DNA of 64,000 nt from positions 5,269 through 69,268 of the forward strand of contig JANQRY010000007.1 of assembly GCA_028284345.1 (NCBI GenBank), given 5' to 3'. Of the stretch, positions 18,455-29,447 are shown piece after piece. How positions within the stretch are numbered: the stretch's first letter is position 1; each line of letters opens with the position of its first letter. Both the position numbers and the translations under genes were made by a program. The notes beneath the pieces were generated by a model, which searched no databases, was not told the DNA's origin, and saw only the letters and a list, made by a program, of their open reading frames with translations. This stretch comes from Hyphococcus sp. (lineage in GTDB: Bacteria; Pseudomonadota; Alphaproteobacteria; Caulobacterales; Parvularculaceae).

Positions 18455-19192
18455 ATGTTTGATCTTGACGGAAAACGCGCGCTGGTCACCGGCGCGACCG
18501 GCGGCATTGGCGGGGCGATTGCAAAGGCATTGCACGACGGCGGCGCAACGGTCGCCATCTCGGGAACGCGCGAAGAAAAACTCAGCGCGCTAACGGAGGA
18601 CCTGAAGGAGCGCGTTCACCCAGTCCCGTGCAACCTTTCCGATCTCGACGCCGTTGACGCCCTGCCGAAACAGGCGAGCGAAGCCATGGGCGGTCTCGAC
18701 ATCGTTGTCGCCAACGCCGGCGTCACCCGCGACACGCTGATGATGATGATGAAACCCGACATGTGGGACGAGGTGATCAAGATCAACCTCACCGCCTATT
18801 TCCGGCTCGCCAAGGCGTCCTTGCGCGGCATGACCAAGCAACGCTTCGGCCGTATCATCGGCGTTACGTCCGTCGTCGGCGTCACCGGCAATCCGGGGCA
18901 GGCGAATTACGCTGCGTCAAAAGCCGGCATGATCGGCATGTCGAAATCCCTCGCCGCGGAAGTGGCGAGCCGCAATGTCACGGTGAACTGCATTGCGCCG
19001 GGATTTATCGAAACCGCCATGACCGACGCGCTCAACGATCAGCAGCGCGAGGCGATTCTGGGGAAAATCCCCGCCGGCGCCATGGGAACGCCGGACGATA
19101 TCGCCGCTGCGGCGCGATATCTTGCCTCGGATGAGGCGAAATATGTAACCGGTCAGACGATTCACGTTAATGGCGGCATGGCAATGCTCTAG
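18455..19192 (+). CDS. fabG: 3-oxoacyl-ACP reductase
   Basis: TGATGGIG, NAG, YAASKAG and GQTIHVNGGM. Start moved to 18455. Confidence 0.97.
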   Translation: MFDLDGKRALVTGATGGIGGAIAKALHDGGATVAISGTREEKLSALTEDLKERVHPVPCNLSDLDAVDALPKQASEAMGGLDIVVANAGVTRDTLMMMMKPDMWDEVIKINLTAYFRLAKASLRGMTKQRFGRIIGVTSVVGVTGNPGQANYAASKAGMIGMSKSLAAEVASRNVTVNCIAPGFIETAMTDALNDQQREAILGKIPAGAMGTPDDIAAAARYLASDEAKYVTGQTIHVNGGMAML

Positions 19193-19330
19193 GCGAGCGC
19201 TTGTATCTGCTGGCCTTTTGGCGTTGCAACAATCGAAAATATGCCGTAATGCGCCCGCAACCCGGCAAAACAAGGCATTGACTGCGGCCCCGCCGCGACC
19301 CGAAATAACAATGCAATCAAGGAGCCCTGG

Positions 19331-19567
19331 ATGTCTGATCTTGCAGAACGCGTGAAGAAAATTGTTGTCGAGCACCTCGACGTCGATATGGCGAAAGTCG
19401 AGCCGAAAGCGAGTTTTATCGACGATCTCGGCGCCGACAGCCTCGACATTGTCGAACTCGTCATGGCGTTCGAAGAAGAATTCGACGTAGAGATTCCCGA
19501 TGACGCCGCCGAGACCATTCAGACGGTCGGCGATGCGATAAAATTCATCGAAGAGCAAAAAGGCTGA
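19331..19567 (+). CDS. acpP: Acyl carrier protein
   Basis: [20 protein letters not shown]. Confidence 0.98.
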   Translation: MSDLAERVKKIVVEHLDVDMAKVEPKASFIDDLGADSLDIVELVMAFEEEFDVEIPDDAAETIQTVGDAIKFIEEQKG

Positions 19568-19661
19568 CGCGCCGAATTTCACTCGGCAGGCCGTCGCAGC
19601 CGCTTCCTGAAATGATCAAGGCAATGCGCGCGGTCATACCCTCGCGCGAGGAAACGTAAAG

Positions 19662-20948
19662 ATGCGTCGCGTCGTTGTTACGGGGCTGGGGATTGTCTCG
19701 CCGCTCGGTGTCGGCATCGATGCGGTGTGGCGACGGTTGATCGCCGGCGAGACCGGCGCCGGCGTCATTGAGAAATTTGATACGTCTGCAATGGCGTGCC
19801 GCATTGCCGCAGAAGTGCCAAAGGCCGATGGCTATGGCGGCGGCGCGGCGGCGGGCGATGCGGCGTTCAACCCGGACGACTGGGTCGAGCCGCGCGATCA
19901 GAAGCGCATGGGCGATTTCATCGTCTACGGCATCGCCGCGGCGCAGATGGCGTTCGAGGATTCCGGCATTGAGCTGAAAACCGATGAAGACCGCGAACGC
20001 TTCGGCGTGATGAACGGCTCCGGCATCGGCGGGCTTCAGGGCATCGAAGAACAATCGCTGGTGCTCGATAAAAAAGGTCCGCGGCGCGTCTCGCCTTTTT
20101 TTGTCGCCGGCAATTTAATCAATCTCGTCTCCGGGCAGGTTTCGATCCGGTTGGGGTTGAAGGGACCGAATCACGCCGTCGTCACGGCCTGTTCGTCGGG
20201 CGCCCACGCCATCGGCGACGCGGCGCGGCTGATTGCGTTTGACGATGCGGATATGATGCTCGCTGGCGGGTCGGAAGCATCGGTTTGCCCGATCGGCATC
20301 GCGGGCTTCGCCGCTTGCAAGGCGCTGACGACCCATTTCAACGACGCGCCGGAAAAAGCTTCGCGTCCTTACGACCGTGATCGCGACGGGTTTTTGATGG
20401 GCGAGGGCTCGGGCTTTTTCGTGCTTGAAGAATACGAACGCGCGAAGGCGCGCGGCGCAAAAATCTACGCCGAAATCGTCGGCTACGGTCTTTCCGGCGA
20501 CGCCTATCACATCACCGCGCCGGCCGAAGACGGGAACGGCGCCTTCCGGTCCATGAAGATGGCGCTGAAGCGGGCCGGGATCGCGCCGAAAGACGTCGAC
20601 TATGTGAACGCCCACGGCACGTCGACGCCGCGCGGCGACGAGATCGAACTCGGCGCCGTGGAACGCCTCTTTGGCGACGCCGCCGACGGGCTTCTGATGT
20701 CGTCGACGAAATCGTCGATTGGGCACCTTCTGGGCGCCGCCGGCGCGGCGGAGGCCATATTCTGCGTGCTCGCCATGCGCGACGGCGTCGCCCCGCCGAC
20801 GCTCAATCTGGACAACCCGTCCGTGGAGACCCCGATCAACCTCTGCGCCAACCGCGCTGTGGAAAAACCGATCAACACGGTCCTTTCCAACTCATTTGGC
20901 TTCGGCGGCACCAATGCGTCTCTGGTGATGCGCCGTGTTGACGGCTAA
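19662..20948 (+). CDS. fabF: 3-oxoacyl-ACP synthase II
   Basis: RRVVVTGLG, TACSSG, NAHGTST, KSSIGH and SNSFGFGG. Confidence 0.97.
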   Translation: MRRVVVTGLGIVSPLGVGIDAVWRRLIAGETGAGVIEKFDTSAMACRIAAEVPKADGYGGGAAAGDAAFNPDDWVEPRDQKRMGDFIVYGIAAAQMAFEDSGIELKTDEDRERFGVMNGSGIGGLQGIEEQSLVLDKKGPRRVSPFFVAGNLINLVSGQVSIRLGLKGPNHAVVTACSSGAHAIGDAARLIAFDDADMMLAGGSEASVCPIGIAGFAACKALTTHFNDAPEKASRPYDRDRDGFLMGEGSGFFVLEEYERAKARGAKIYAEIVGYGLSGDAYHITAPAEDGNGAFRSMKMALKRAGIAPKDVDYVNAHGTSTPRGDEIELGAVERLFGDAADGLLMSSTKSSIGHLLGAAGAAEAIFCVLAMRDGVAPPTLNLDNPSVETPINLCANRAVEKPINTVLSNSFGFGGTNASLVMRRVDG

Positions 20949-20969
20949 ACTGACGCCTTCGCAGGTTTT

Positions 20970-22037
20970 TTGATTCGGCAGGGGAATTTGACGGTGAACG
21001 CGAAGGCGCATGACGTGGAACTGCACGCCGGCCAGCGCGGCGGCGCCGTTAAATCGTTCCTGCTGTTTTTAGCCGGGCTCGCTGTCCTCGCCATCGCTGC
21101 GCTCGGCGTCGGCGGCTATCTCGGTTATCGCGAAGCCCATAAGCCCGGACCGGCGAGAGAAGACGTCACTGTCCTTCTCGCGCAGGGGAGTTCCGTATCC
21201 GCCATTGCCGACGATCTCGAAGACGCCGGCGTTATTCGATATCCGGAGCTTTTCACCGCGGTCGTGCGCGTTCGCGGCGCCGAGAACGACGTGAAGGCCG
21301 GCGAATACGAAATTCCCGCCGGGGCGAGCGTCAACGACATCATCGATCAACTGATCGAGGGCAAAAGCATTCTCCATTACTTCACGGCGCCCGAGGGCCT
21401 GACGACGGCGCAGATCCTTCGCCTTGTGGCGGCCGACGACGTTCTGACGGACGATCTGACCGTGACGCCGGAGGAAGGGGAGTTGCTGCCGGAAACCTAC
21501 GCCTTCACCCGCGGCGAAAGTCGCGATGAAATGGTTCAGCGGATGATGGCGGCGCAGGATGCACTGCTTGACGCCCTGTGGGACGACCGCGCCACGGAAC
21601 TGCCTCTGGAGACCAAAGAGGACGCCGTCATTCTCGCGTCGATTGTTGAAAAGGAGACCGGCGTTGCTGAGGAACGCGCGCGCATCGCCGGCGTTTTCAT
21701 CAATCGGCTGAAGCGCGGCATGCGCCTCGAATCCGATCCGACGATTATCTACGGTCTCACACAGGGCGAACCCCTCGGCCGGGGCCTGCGCGTCAGCGAG
21801 CTGCGCGGCGAAACGCCTTACAACACCTATATCATTCGCGGCCTGCCGCCGACGCCGATCGCCAATCCCGGCGCGGACTCGATCATGGCGGTCCTCAATC
21901 CAGCGGAGACCGACGAGTTGTTCTTTGTCGCCGACGGCACGGGCGGGCACGCTTTTGCCAGAACCAACCGCGAGCATGAACGAAACGTCGCCGCCTGGCG
22001 ACGGATCGAGCGCGAACGCCGGCAACAAGGCGGGTAG
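20970..22037 (+). CDS. mltG: Endolytic transglycosylase MltG
   Basis: N-terminal TM, ASIVEKET, RLESDPT, YNTY and GLPPTPIANPG. The start is uncertain. Confidence 0.95.
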   Translation: MIRQGNLTVNAKAHDVELHAGQRGGAVKSFLLFLAGLAVLAIAALGVGGYLGYREAHKPGPAREDVTVLLAQGSSVSAIADDLEDAGVIRYPELFTAVVRVRGAENDVKAGEYEIPAGASVNDIIDQLIEGKSILHYFTAPEGLTTAQILRLVAADDVLTDDLTVTPEEGELLPETYAFTRGESRDEMVQRMMAAQDALLDALWDDRATELPLETKEDAVILASIVEKETGVAEERARIAGVFINRLKRGMRLESDPTIIYGLTQGEPLGRGLRVSELRGETPYNTYIIRGLPPTPIANPGADSIMAVLNPAETDELFFVADGTGGHAFARTNREHERNVAAWRRIERERRQQGG

Positions 22038-22042
22038 CGGCG

Positions 22043-22927
22043 ATGTCCGTCTCCTCCATGACCGGTTTTGCGCGCGTTGACGGCGCCCATGACGGCAAGC
22101 GCTGGATCTGGGAATTGAAAAGCGTCAATGGACGCGGCCTTGAAATGCGGTTCCGCTTGCCCGCCGGTTTCGATGAACTGGAACCGGCGCTGCGGCAGGG
22201 GCTATCGGGACGCCTCAAACGCGGGTCGGTTTTCGCCAGCTTGCAGCTTGGGTCGGCCTCAGGCGAGACGCGCATGCGTCTCAACAAGGCGGCGCTCTCG
22301 GACGCCCTTGCCGCTGTTGAAGAAATCCGTGCACAGACTGACTGCGGTCCGCCACAGGCGGAGGGTCTGCTCGCCTTGCGCGGCGTCATGGAGCCAGCCG
22401 ACGATGAGCCCGATGAGGCCGCGCGCGCCGCGTTCAACGACGCCGTCCTGAAGAGTTTTCACGAGGCGGTCGACCTGCTCGGGGACGCGCGCGTGAAAGA
22501 AGGCGCCGCCATGGCGGGCGTCGTCGCCGGCCATGTGGACGAGATCGAAACCCTGACGGCGAAAGCAGGCGCTGACCCCGGCGCCTCGCTGCCCGCCATA
22601 CGCGACCGAATTGCCGCGCAACTCGCAGACCTCATCGCAGATGGCGCCGTTCCGGAAGACCGTCTCGCGCAAGAGGCCGCGCTGCTCGCGGTCAAGGCCG
22701 ATGTCCGCGAAGAGTTGAATCGCCTTGCCGCCCATGTGGATGCGGCGCGCGCGCTCCTCAAGCGCGGCGGCGCCGTTGGGCGCGAGCTTGACTTTCTCAC
22801 CCAGGAATTAAACCGGGAAACCAATACGCTTTGTTCGAAGGCGCAGAACATGGACCTTAAAAGGCTTGGTCTCGACCTGAAGAAAGTCATCGATCAACTG
22901 CGTGAACAGGTTCAGAATATCGAGTAG
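22043..22927 (+). CDS. yicC: YicC/YloC family endoribonuclease
   Basis: SMTGF, ELKSVNGRGLE, GRELDFLTQELNRETNT and LREQVQNIE. Confidence 0.95.
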   Translation: MSVSSMTGFARVDGAHDGKRWIWELKSVNGRGLEMRFRLPAGFDELEPALRQGLSGRLKRGSVFASLQLGSASGETRMRLNKAALSDALAAVEEIRAQTDCGPPQAEGLLALRGVMEPADDEPDEAARAAFNDAVLKSFHEAVDLLGDARVKEGAAMAGVVAGHVDEIETLTAKAGADPGASLPAIRDRIAAQLADLIADGAVPEDRLAQEAALLAVKADVREELNRLAAHVDAARALLKRGGAVGRELDFLTQELNRETNTLCSKAQNMDLKRLGLDLKKVIDQLREQVQNIE

Positions 22928-22953
22928 GCCGGAATGTCTGGTAGGAACGGGGA

Positions 22954-23598
22954 ATGATCGGCGGCGACCTCAAAGTAGCCCGCAGGGGGCTGATGTTTAT
23001 CCTGTCGAGCCCGTCGGGCGCCGGCAAGACGACGCTTGCCGACCGGCTCCTCAAAAAAGAAGACCAGATGACGCTGTCGATCTCGGCGACAACGCGGCCG
23101 CGACGACCGGGCGAAGCGCACGGACAGGACTACTTTTTCGTGGCCGAAGAAGAATTCTTCCGTATGCGCGACGGGGGCGAATTCCTGGAATGGGCCAATG
23201 TGTTCGGCCACTATTACGGCACGCCGCGCGACTTGGTGGAGAACACGCTGGCGAAAGGCCAGGACGTTCTCTTCGACATTGACTGGCAGGGCGCTCAGCA
23301 ACTGGCGCAGGTCGCCGGCGACGACGTGGTCAAGGTTTTCATTCTCCCGCCGTCCCGCGAGGAGCTGGAGCGGCGCCTGCGTCAGCGCGCGCAGGACTCC
23401 GAGGAGGTCGTGCAGAAGCGCATGGCCAAGGCCGACGCGGAAATCTCGCACTGGGCGGAATATGACTATGTGATCGTCAACTACGATCTCGACGAGTCAG
23501 AACAACTGTTAAGCGCGATCCTCTTCGCCGAGCGACTGAAACGCCGCCGCCAGGTGGGCTTGGCTTCCATCGTCAAAGGCATGACCCGAGAGGAGTGA
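22954..23598 (+). CDS. gmk: Guanylate kinase
   Basis: SSPSGAGKTT, TTRPRRPGE, YYGT and DIDWQGA. Confidence 0.97.
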   Translation: MIGGDLKVARRGLMFILSSPSGAGKTTLADRLLKKEDQMTLSISATTRPRRPGEAHGQDYFFVAEEEFFRMRDGGEFLEWANVFGHYYGTPRDLVENTLAKGQDVLFDIDWQGAQQLAQVAGDDVVKVFILPPSREELERRLRQRAQDSEEVVQKRMAKADAEISHWAEYDYVIVNYDLDESEQLLSAILFAERLKRRRQVGLASIVKGMTREE

Positions 23599-23619
23599 GC
23601 GGGTGTTTAAACTCGCACA

Positions 23620-23654
23620 AAATAAAAACGCGCCGCCAATGACAGGCGGCGCGT
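23620..23654 (-). terminator. Terminator between convergent gmk and greA
   Basis: 10-bp stem ACGCGCCGCC/GGCGGCGCGT with a T-run on the minus strand. Confidence 0.75.
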
Positions 23655-23679
23655 CCAGAAGCGTACTTTCCGACGCGAT

Positions 23680-24153
23680 TTACTTGTAAACCACCTTCGC
23701 GATCTCAAAGGACCGCGCGCCGCCGGGGGCCGCGACTTCAACGCTGTCGCCGACGGTCTTGCCGATGACGCCGCGGGCGATGGGCGAGGTGACGGAAATC
23801 TTTTTCTGTTTCACGTCCGCTTCGTGTTCGCCGACGATCTGCCAGATCTTTTCGTCTTCCGTGTCCTCGTCGATGAGCGTCACCGTGGCGCCGAACTTGA
23901 CCGTGTCGCCGTTGAGCCTGGCCACGTCGATGACTTCGGCGCGGGTGATCTTGTCCTCGATTTCGAGGATCTGGCTCTCGATCCAGCCCTGGCGGTCCTT
24001 GGCGGTATGATATTCGGCGTTTTCCGAAAGGTCGCCATGGGCGCGTGCTTCCGCGATCGCTTGGATGATCGCCGGGCGTTCCTCGTTCTTCAGCTTTTTC
24101 AGGTCCGCCTCCAGTTGCTGGAAGCCATTCATTGTCATCGGGACCTTTTCCAT
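23680..24153 (-). CDS. greA: Transcription elongation factor GreA
   Basis: [13 protein letters not shown] and [10 protein letters not shown]. Confidence 0.98.
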   Translation of the reverse strand: MEKVPMTMNGFQQLEADLKKLKNEERPAIIQAIAEARAHGDLSENAEYHTAKDRQGWIESQILEIEDKITRAEVIDVARLNGDTVKFGATVTLIDEDTEDEKIWQIVGEHEADVKQKKISVTSPIARGVIGKTVGDSVEVAAPGGARSFEIAKVVYK

Positions 24154-24219
24154 CTTGGCCGCCTTCCTCTCTTCGTCCGCCTGAAGCCGCCGGCGCCCTC
24201 GATTTCGGAACGCCGAAGC

Positions 24220-24262
24220 AAAAAAAGAGCGCGGCCGCGGCGGGTTGCGCCACGGCCGTCGC
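24220..24262 (-). terminator. Intrinsic terminator between carB and greA, about 65 nt upstream of the greA ATG
   Basis: 11-bp stem (one G-U pair, on the minus-strand transcript only) followed by U7. Confidence 0.7.
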
Positions 24263-24389
24263 TTCAGGCAAGAGCGGAGAGATAGACGCTCCGCGCCGAT
24301 ATTTCAATATATTTTCGGTCCGGGCGGCGCCCGGAAAATGCGGAAAATAAGTAAATTCAATGGCTTACTGCGCCGCCGTCAACGTCCGA

Positions 24390-27300
24390 TCATTCGAAAT
24401 AGGATTGCAGCGGCGCGACTTCGACGCCGCCGGCGCGGAGCGCTTCGATGGCGCGGACCGCCGCGCGGGCCCCGGCGGCCGTGGTGATGCAGGGAATTTT
24501 CTGGGCGAGGGCGGTGGTGCGAATGGACCGCGAATCCTTGATCGCCTGCGCGCCCTCGGTCGTGTTGAAGACAAGCTGCACGTCGCCGTTCTTGAGCGCA
24601 TCGACGATATGCGGGCGCCCTTCAAGCACCTTGTTGACGGTCTCGACGTCGAGGCCGCGGGATTTGAAAAACTCCGCCGTGCCGCGGGTGGCGATGATGG
24701 TGAAGCCCATCTCCAGAAGCCTTGCGGCCGCCGGCGCCAGCGCATCCTTGTCGGCGTCTTTCAGCGAAATAAAGACGCAACCTTCAAGCGGCATGTGCGC
24801 GCCGGCGGCGATGAGGCTTTTAAGGCGCGCTTTGGCGAAGCCTGCGTCGATGCCCATGACTTCGCCGGTCGAGCGCATTTCCGGGCCGAGGACCGTATCG
24901 ACGCCGGGAAAGCGCGAGAACGGGAAGACGACTTCCTTCACCGACATATGCGCCGGCGTCGCCGCGGGCAGCGTCATGGGCGCCAGCTTTTCGCCCGCCA
25001 TCACCTTCGCGGCGATGCGCGCAATAGGCAGGCCGGTCGATTTTGCAACGAACGGCGCTGTACGCGAGGCGCGCGGATTGACTTCCAGAATGTAGATATC
25101 GTCGTCTTTGATCGCATACTGAACATTCATGAGGCCGACGACGCCAAGGGCCCTGGCGAGGGAAACGGTCTGCGCTTCGAGGGCGGCGACCGTCGCGTCG
25201 GAAAGGGTATAGGGCGGCAGGGAGCAGGCGCTGTCGCCGGAATGAATGCCGGCCTCCTCGATGTGTTCCATGACGCCGGCGATAAAAACGTCTTTGCCGT
25301 CGCAAATGGCGTCGACGTCGACTTCAACGGCGTTCTGCAGATATTGGTCGAGGAGCAGCGGCTCGTCTTCGCTGATCTCGATCTGCGCCGTTGCAAGGTA
25401 TTGGCGCAAGGCCGCGTCGTCGCGCACGATTTCCATCGCCCGTCCGCCCAGCACATAGGACGGCCGCGTCACCAGCGGATAACCGACGGCGTCGGCGATA
25501 TCGGGGGCGGCCTCGCGCGTGGGCGCCGTTGCATTTTTCGGCTGCCGGAGGCCCAGCTCGTTAACGAGGCGCTGGAAGCGCTCGCGATCTTCGGCGAGAT
25601 CGATAGCGTCGGACGGCGTGCCGAGAATGGGAACGCCTTCCGCGTCGAGGGTGTTGGCGAGCTTCAGCGGTGTCTGGCCGCCATACTGGACAATGACGCC
25701 GAGGAGGTTGCCGGATCGGCGTTCAACGTCGACGATTTCGAGCACGTCCTCGATGGTGAGCGGCTCGAAATAGAGCCGGTCGGACGTGTCGTAGTCGGTG
25801 GACACCGTTTCCGGATTGCAGTTCACCATGACTGACTCAACATCGATATCCGCGAGCGCGAACGCCGCGTGGCAGCAGCAATAGTCGAACTCAATGCCCT
25901 GACCGATGCGGTTGGGGCCGCCGCCGAGAATGATAACCTTCTTGCGGTTCGATGGGCGGGCCTCACATGCGGCGGCGTCGCTGTAGGGCGGTTCGTAAGC
26001 GGAATACATGTAAGGCGTTTTCGCGGCGAACTCCGCGGCGCAGGTGTCGACGCGTTTGTAGACCGGCCTGACGCCGCGTTCGCGCCGAAAATCGCGCACC
26101 AGCTTTTCGTCGCCGTCGCAAAGTTGGGCGAGGCGCTGGTCCGAAAAGCCCATGGCCTTCAGGCGTCGCAAGGCGTCGGCGTCGTCAGGCAGGCCTTCCG
26201 CTGCAACCGTCTGTTCAGCGACGACGATTTCCTCGATGCGGTCTAGGAACCACGGATCGTATTGCGTGATCGCGCGCACCTGTTCGATGGGAAGGCCATG
26301 GCGAATGGCCTGCGCCGTGACGCGCAGGCGGTCCGGCGTCGGCGCGGCCAGCGCCGCGCGGAAGGCGTTGGCGTCGTCGCCTTCGCCGAGCCCCGGGATT
26401 TCAATCGGATCGAGGCCGCAGAGTCCAGTTTCGAGCGAACGCATGGCTTTCTGCATGGACTCTGCGAAAGTCCGCCCGATGGCCATGGCTTCGCCGACGG
26501 ATTTCATCGCCGTCGACAGCATCGGTTCCGCGCCCGGAAACTTCTCGAACGCAAAACGCGGGATCTTCGTCACGACATAGTCGATGGTCGGTTCGAAGGA
26601 GGCGGGGGTCGCGCCGGTGATGTCGTTGTCGAGTTCGTCAAGCGTATAGCCGACGGCGAGTTTCGCCGCGATGCGCGCAATCGGGAAGCCGGTCGCCTTT
26701 GACGCAAGCGCCGAGGAGCGCGAGACGCGCGGGTTCATCTCAATGACCACGAGCCGGCCATTCTCCGGGTTGACGGCGAACTGCACGTTCGAGCCGCCGG
26801 TCTCGACGCCGATTTCGCGCATGACCGCAATGGATGCGTTGCGCATGATCTGAAACTCTTTGTCGGTGAGCGTCAGCGCCGGCGCCACGGTGATCGAATC
26901 GCCCGTATGAATGCCCATGGGGTCGACGTTTTCGATAGAGCAGATGATGACGCAATTGTCCGCCTTGTCGCGGACGACTTCCATCTCGAATTCTTTCCAG
27001 CCGAGCAGGCTTTCGTCGATCAGCACCTGACCGACCGGAGAGGCGTCAATCCCGGTACGGATGAAATATTCGAACTCTTCGCGGTTATAGGCGACGCCGC
27101 CGCCCGTGCCGCCAAGGGTGAAGGCGGGGCGAATGATGGCGGGGAGGCCGATGTCGTCGAGATGGCGCATGGCCTCGGCGACCCCTGTCGCGCGGTCGTA
27201 ACCGACGATCTGTCCGTCATCGCCTTTGATCGGCGGCGACGAAGCGATGGCCGAGCGCGGATTTTCAAGGCCGATCTTCTCCATCGCCGCGCGGAACTTT

Positions 27301-27689
27301 TCCCGGTCCTCGGCCTTTTCGATGACGTCTGCACGGGCGCCGATCATCTCAACGCCGTGCTTTTCCAAAACGCCCATGCGCTCGAGTTCCAGAGCGCAGT
27401 TGAGGGCGGTCTGGCCGCCCATGGTCGGGAGAAGCGCGTCGGGCTTTTCGCGGGCGATAATTTTTTCCACAAATTCCGGCGCGATGGGCTCGATATAGGT
27501 GGCGTCGGCGAGCTCCGGGTCCGTCATGATCGTCGCCGGATTGGAGTTTACGAGGATGACGCGGAAGCCTTCTTCTTTCAGCGCCTTCACCGCCTGAACG
27601 CCGGAATAATCGAACTCGCAAGCCTGCCCGATAACGATAGGACCGGCGCCGATGATGAGGATGGATGATAAATCGGTGCGTTTCGGCAT
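24390..27689 (-). CDS. carB: Carbamoyl-phosphate synthase large subunit
   Basis: [30 protein letters not shown], duplicated ATP-grasp domains and a C-terminal MGS domain. Confidence 0.99.
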   Translation of the reverse strand: MPKRTDLSSILIIGAGPIVIGQACEFDYSGVQAVKALKEEGFRVILVNSNPATIMTDPELADATYIEPIAPEFVEKIIAREKPDALLPTMGGQTALNCALELERMGVLEKHGVEMIGARADVIEKAEDREKFRAAMEKIGLENPRSAIASSPPIKGDDGQIVGYDRATGVAEAMRHLDDIGLPAIIRPAFTLGGTGGGVAYNREEFEYFIRTGIDASPVGQVLIDESLLGWKEFEMEVVRDKADNCVIICSIENVDPMGIHTGDSITVAPALTLTDKEFQIMRNASIAVMREIGVETGGSNVQFAVNPENGRLVVIEMNPRVSRSSALASKATGFPIARIAAKLAVGYTLDELDNDITGATPASFEPTIDYVVTKIPRFAFEKFPGAEPMLSTAMKSVGEAMAIGRTFAESMQKAMRSLETGLCGLDPIEIPGLGEGDDANAFRAALAAPTPDRLRVTAQAIRHGLPIEQVRAITQYDPWFLDRIEEIVVAEQTVAAEGLPDDADALRRLKAMGFSDQRLAQLCDGDEKLVRDFRRERGVRPVYKRVDTCAAEFAAKTPYMYSAYEPPYSDAAACEARPSNRKKVIILGGGPNRIGQGIEFDYCCCHAAFALADIDVESVMVNCNPETVSTDYDTSDRLYFEPLTIEDVLEIVDVERRSGNLLGVIVQYGGQTPLKLANTLDAEGVPILGTPSDAIDLAEDRERFQRLVNELGLRQPKNATAPTREAAPDIADAVGYPLVTRPSYVLGGRAMEIVRDDAALRQYLATAQIEISEDEPLLLDQYLQNAVEVDVDAICDGKDVFIAGVMEHIEEAGIHSGDSACSLPPYTLSDATVAALEAQTVSLARALGVVGLMNVQYAIKDDDIYILEVNPRASRTAPFVAKSTGLPIARIAAKVMAGEKLAPMTLPAATPAHMSVKEVVFPFSRFPGVDTVLGPEMRSTGEVMGIDAGFAKARLKSLIAAGAHMPLEGCVFISLKDADKDALAPAAARLLEMGFTIIATRGTAEFFKSRGLDVETVNKVLEGRPHIVDALKNGDVQLVFNTTEGAQAIKDSRSIRTTALAQKIPCITTAAGARAAVRAIEALRAGGVEVAPLQSYFE

Positions 27690-27913
27690 CGTTACTCGCG
27701 CGCAATCGCCGGCCGCGCGTCTTGTCCGGCGCGCGCCGGCGGAAGAATCAATTGTCGATTAAAGCGGTGTCTTAGGCGAAGCATCCCGAAAGGGGAAGCC
27801 CCCTCCGAGCGCTTTGCGGCCTTTTTGCTCACAAAAATTTTAGGATACGCCCCGGCCGTCCAGCGGCGCCTGTGGTAAATTCAACCTTCGCGGAAAAATC
27901 GGGAGCGGGCGAT

Positions 27914-28921
27914 ATGAATTTCTGGGTGGCTTTGCTGGTCGGCTGGCTGGGCCTTTTCCTCGCCGGCGAGGCGGGGGCGCAGGCAACCGTCGACATTCGC
28001 GAATGGAAAGTCCCTTACGAGGACTCGCGGCCCCGTGATCCGTTCGCCCATGAGGCGGCGTCTGTCTGGTTTGTTGGTCAGCGCGCCGGTTACCTCGCGC
28101 ATCTCAACGCGGAGACCGGCGATATTCACAAGATCGATCTGAAGGAGGGCTCCGGCCCGCACAATCTTATCGTCGGGTCGGACGGCGTTGTCTGGTACGC
28201 CGGCAACAAAACGGCGCTGATCGGCCGATACGATCCGACGTCGGAGACGATCGAGGAAATCGAGATGCCCGACCCGGAAGCGCGCGACCCGCATACGCTG
28301 ATCTTCGATGCGGGCGAGGAGAATATCTGGTTCACCCTGCAAGGATCGAACATGATCGGCAGGCTGAACATCGAAACGCGAACGGTCGATCTGATCCCGT
28401 CGAAGACGGAACGCTCGCGGCCTTACGGCATTAAACTCGCGCCGGACGGCTCGATCTGGGTTGCGCTGTTCGGGACGTCGAAGCTTGCGCGGATTGATCC
28501 GGAAACCATGGAGCTTACGGAAATCGACCTGCCTCGCGATGCGGCGCGACCGCGACGGCTTGAAGCGCTCGCCGACGGCGGCGTCTGGTATGTCGATTAT
28601 GCTGGCGGCGTGCTCGGGAAATATGATCCGGAAGCGGAAGACTTTGAGGAGTGGATGCTGCCCCAGGGCGAGGGATCGCGCCCCTACGGCATGGCGTCGG
28701 ACGACGAAGGCCGTCTCTGGATGGTCGCTACCGGCGTTTCGCCGAATGTGTTTTTGGGGTTTGATCCCAAGAAAGAAGAATTTTTCAGCGCCACCGATAT
28801 CCCGTCCGGCGGTGGAACGGTACGGCACATGCATTACCACCAGCCGTCCGGCGCCGTCTGGTTCGGCGCTGACACGAATTATATCGGCCGCGCCATCGTG
28901 ACGCCGTCGCTGACGGAGTAG
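27914..28921 (+). CDS. Secreted virginiamycin B lyase (Vgb)-like beta-propeller protein
   Basis: Signal peptide MNFWVALLVGWLGLFLAGEAGA-Q. Seven repeats of the type PxGi..d.dG.vW. Confidence 0.8.
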   Translation: MNFWVALLVGWLGLFLAGEAGAQATVDIREWKVPYEDSRPRDPFAHEAASVWFVGQRAGYLAHLNAETGDIHKIDLKEGSGPHNLIVGSDGVVWYAGNKTALIGRYDPTSETIEEIEMPDPEARDPHTLIFDAGEENIWFTLQGSNMIGRLNIETRTVDLIPSKTERSRPYGIKLAPDGSIWVALFGTSKLARIDPETMELTEIDLPRDAARPRRLEALADGGVWYVDYAGGVLGKYDPEAEDFEEWMLPQGEGSRPYGMASDDEGRLWMVATGVSPNVFLGFDPKKEEFFSATDIPSGGGTVRHMHYHQPSGAVWFGADTNYIGRAIVTPSLTE

Positions 28922-28924
28922 GCT

Positions 28925-29446
28925 TTGCCCGCTGATCGCCTTTTCGCGTTTGTCGCCGCCGCTGTTTTTTGCGCGTCGCCGGCTGTCGCTCACCCGGAAG
29001 GGGCGCCGTGGGGGTCCGCAGATTCCGACACATTCAATTCATGCGCCGCCTGCCATTTCGATCATGAGCCCATCGGGCGCTCACCGTCGATCATGCTCGT
29101 CGGCTTGCCGGAATACGTTGCGGCTGGTGAGGAATATGAGGTGACGCTCCGCTTTGACGCCGGCGCGGCGGCGAAGGCGGGGTTTCTTCTGTCTGCATCG
29201 AGTGGCGCCTTTGCGGCGATTGACGATTTCGTTGAGGCGAAAGACGCAGAAGCGCGGTCCGCAGCGCCGTCGCCGCCCCGCGGGGGCGTCGCCGTCTGGT
29301 CGGTCGTCTGGCGCGCCGGCGAAGATGTGTCGGACATTGTGACCTTCCGCGCTGCGGCGACCGCCGCCAATGACGACGCGTCGCCTTTCGGCGACAAGGT
29401 GCATTTCCGGAAATTCGACGTGCTAATGCGAACGGGCGAAGACTGA
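28925..29446 (+). CDS. Secreted CxxCH-containing Reeler / choice-of-anchor V-like protein
   Basis: Signal peptide ending AVA-H, then GAPWG...SCAACH, GEEYEVTL, GFLLSA, WSVVWRA and AAANDD. TTG start 3 nt after the upstream stop. Confidence 0.65.
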   Translation: MPADRLFAFVAAAVFCASPAVAHPEGAPWGSADSDTFNSCAACHFDHEPIGRSPSIMLVGLPEYVAAGEEYEVTLRFDAGAAAKAGFLLSASSGAFAAIDDFVEAKDAEARSAAPSPPRGGVAVWSVVWRAGEDVSDIVTFRAAATAANDDASPFGDKVHFRKFDVLMRTGED

Positions 29447-29447
29447 T

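Noticed and set aside
27914-28921. Streptogramin B resistance gene
   Set aside because: It has a signal peptide and lacks the terminal EPHG-type motif. Only fold-level similarity is supported.
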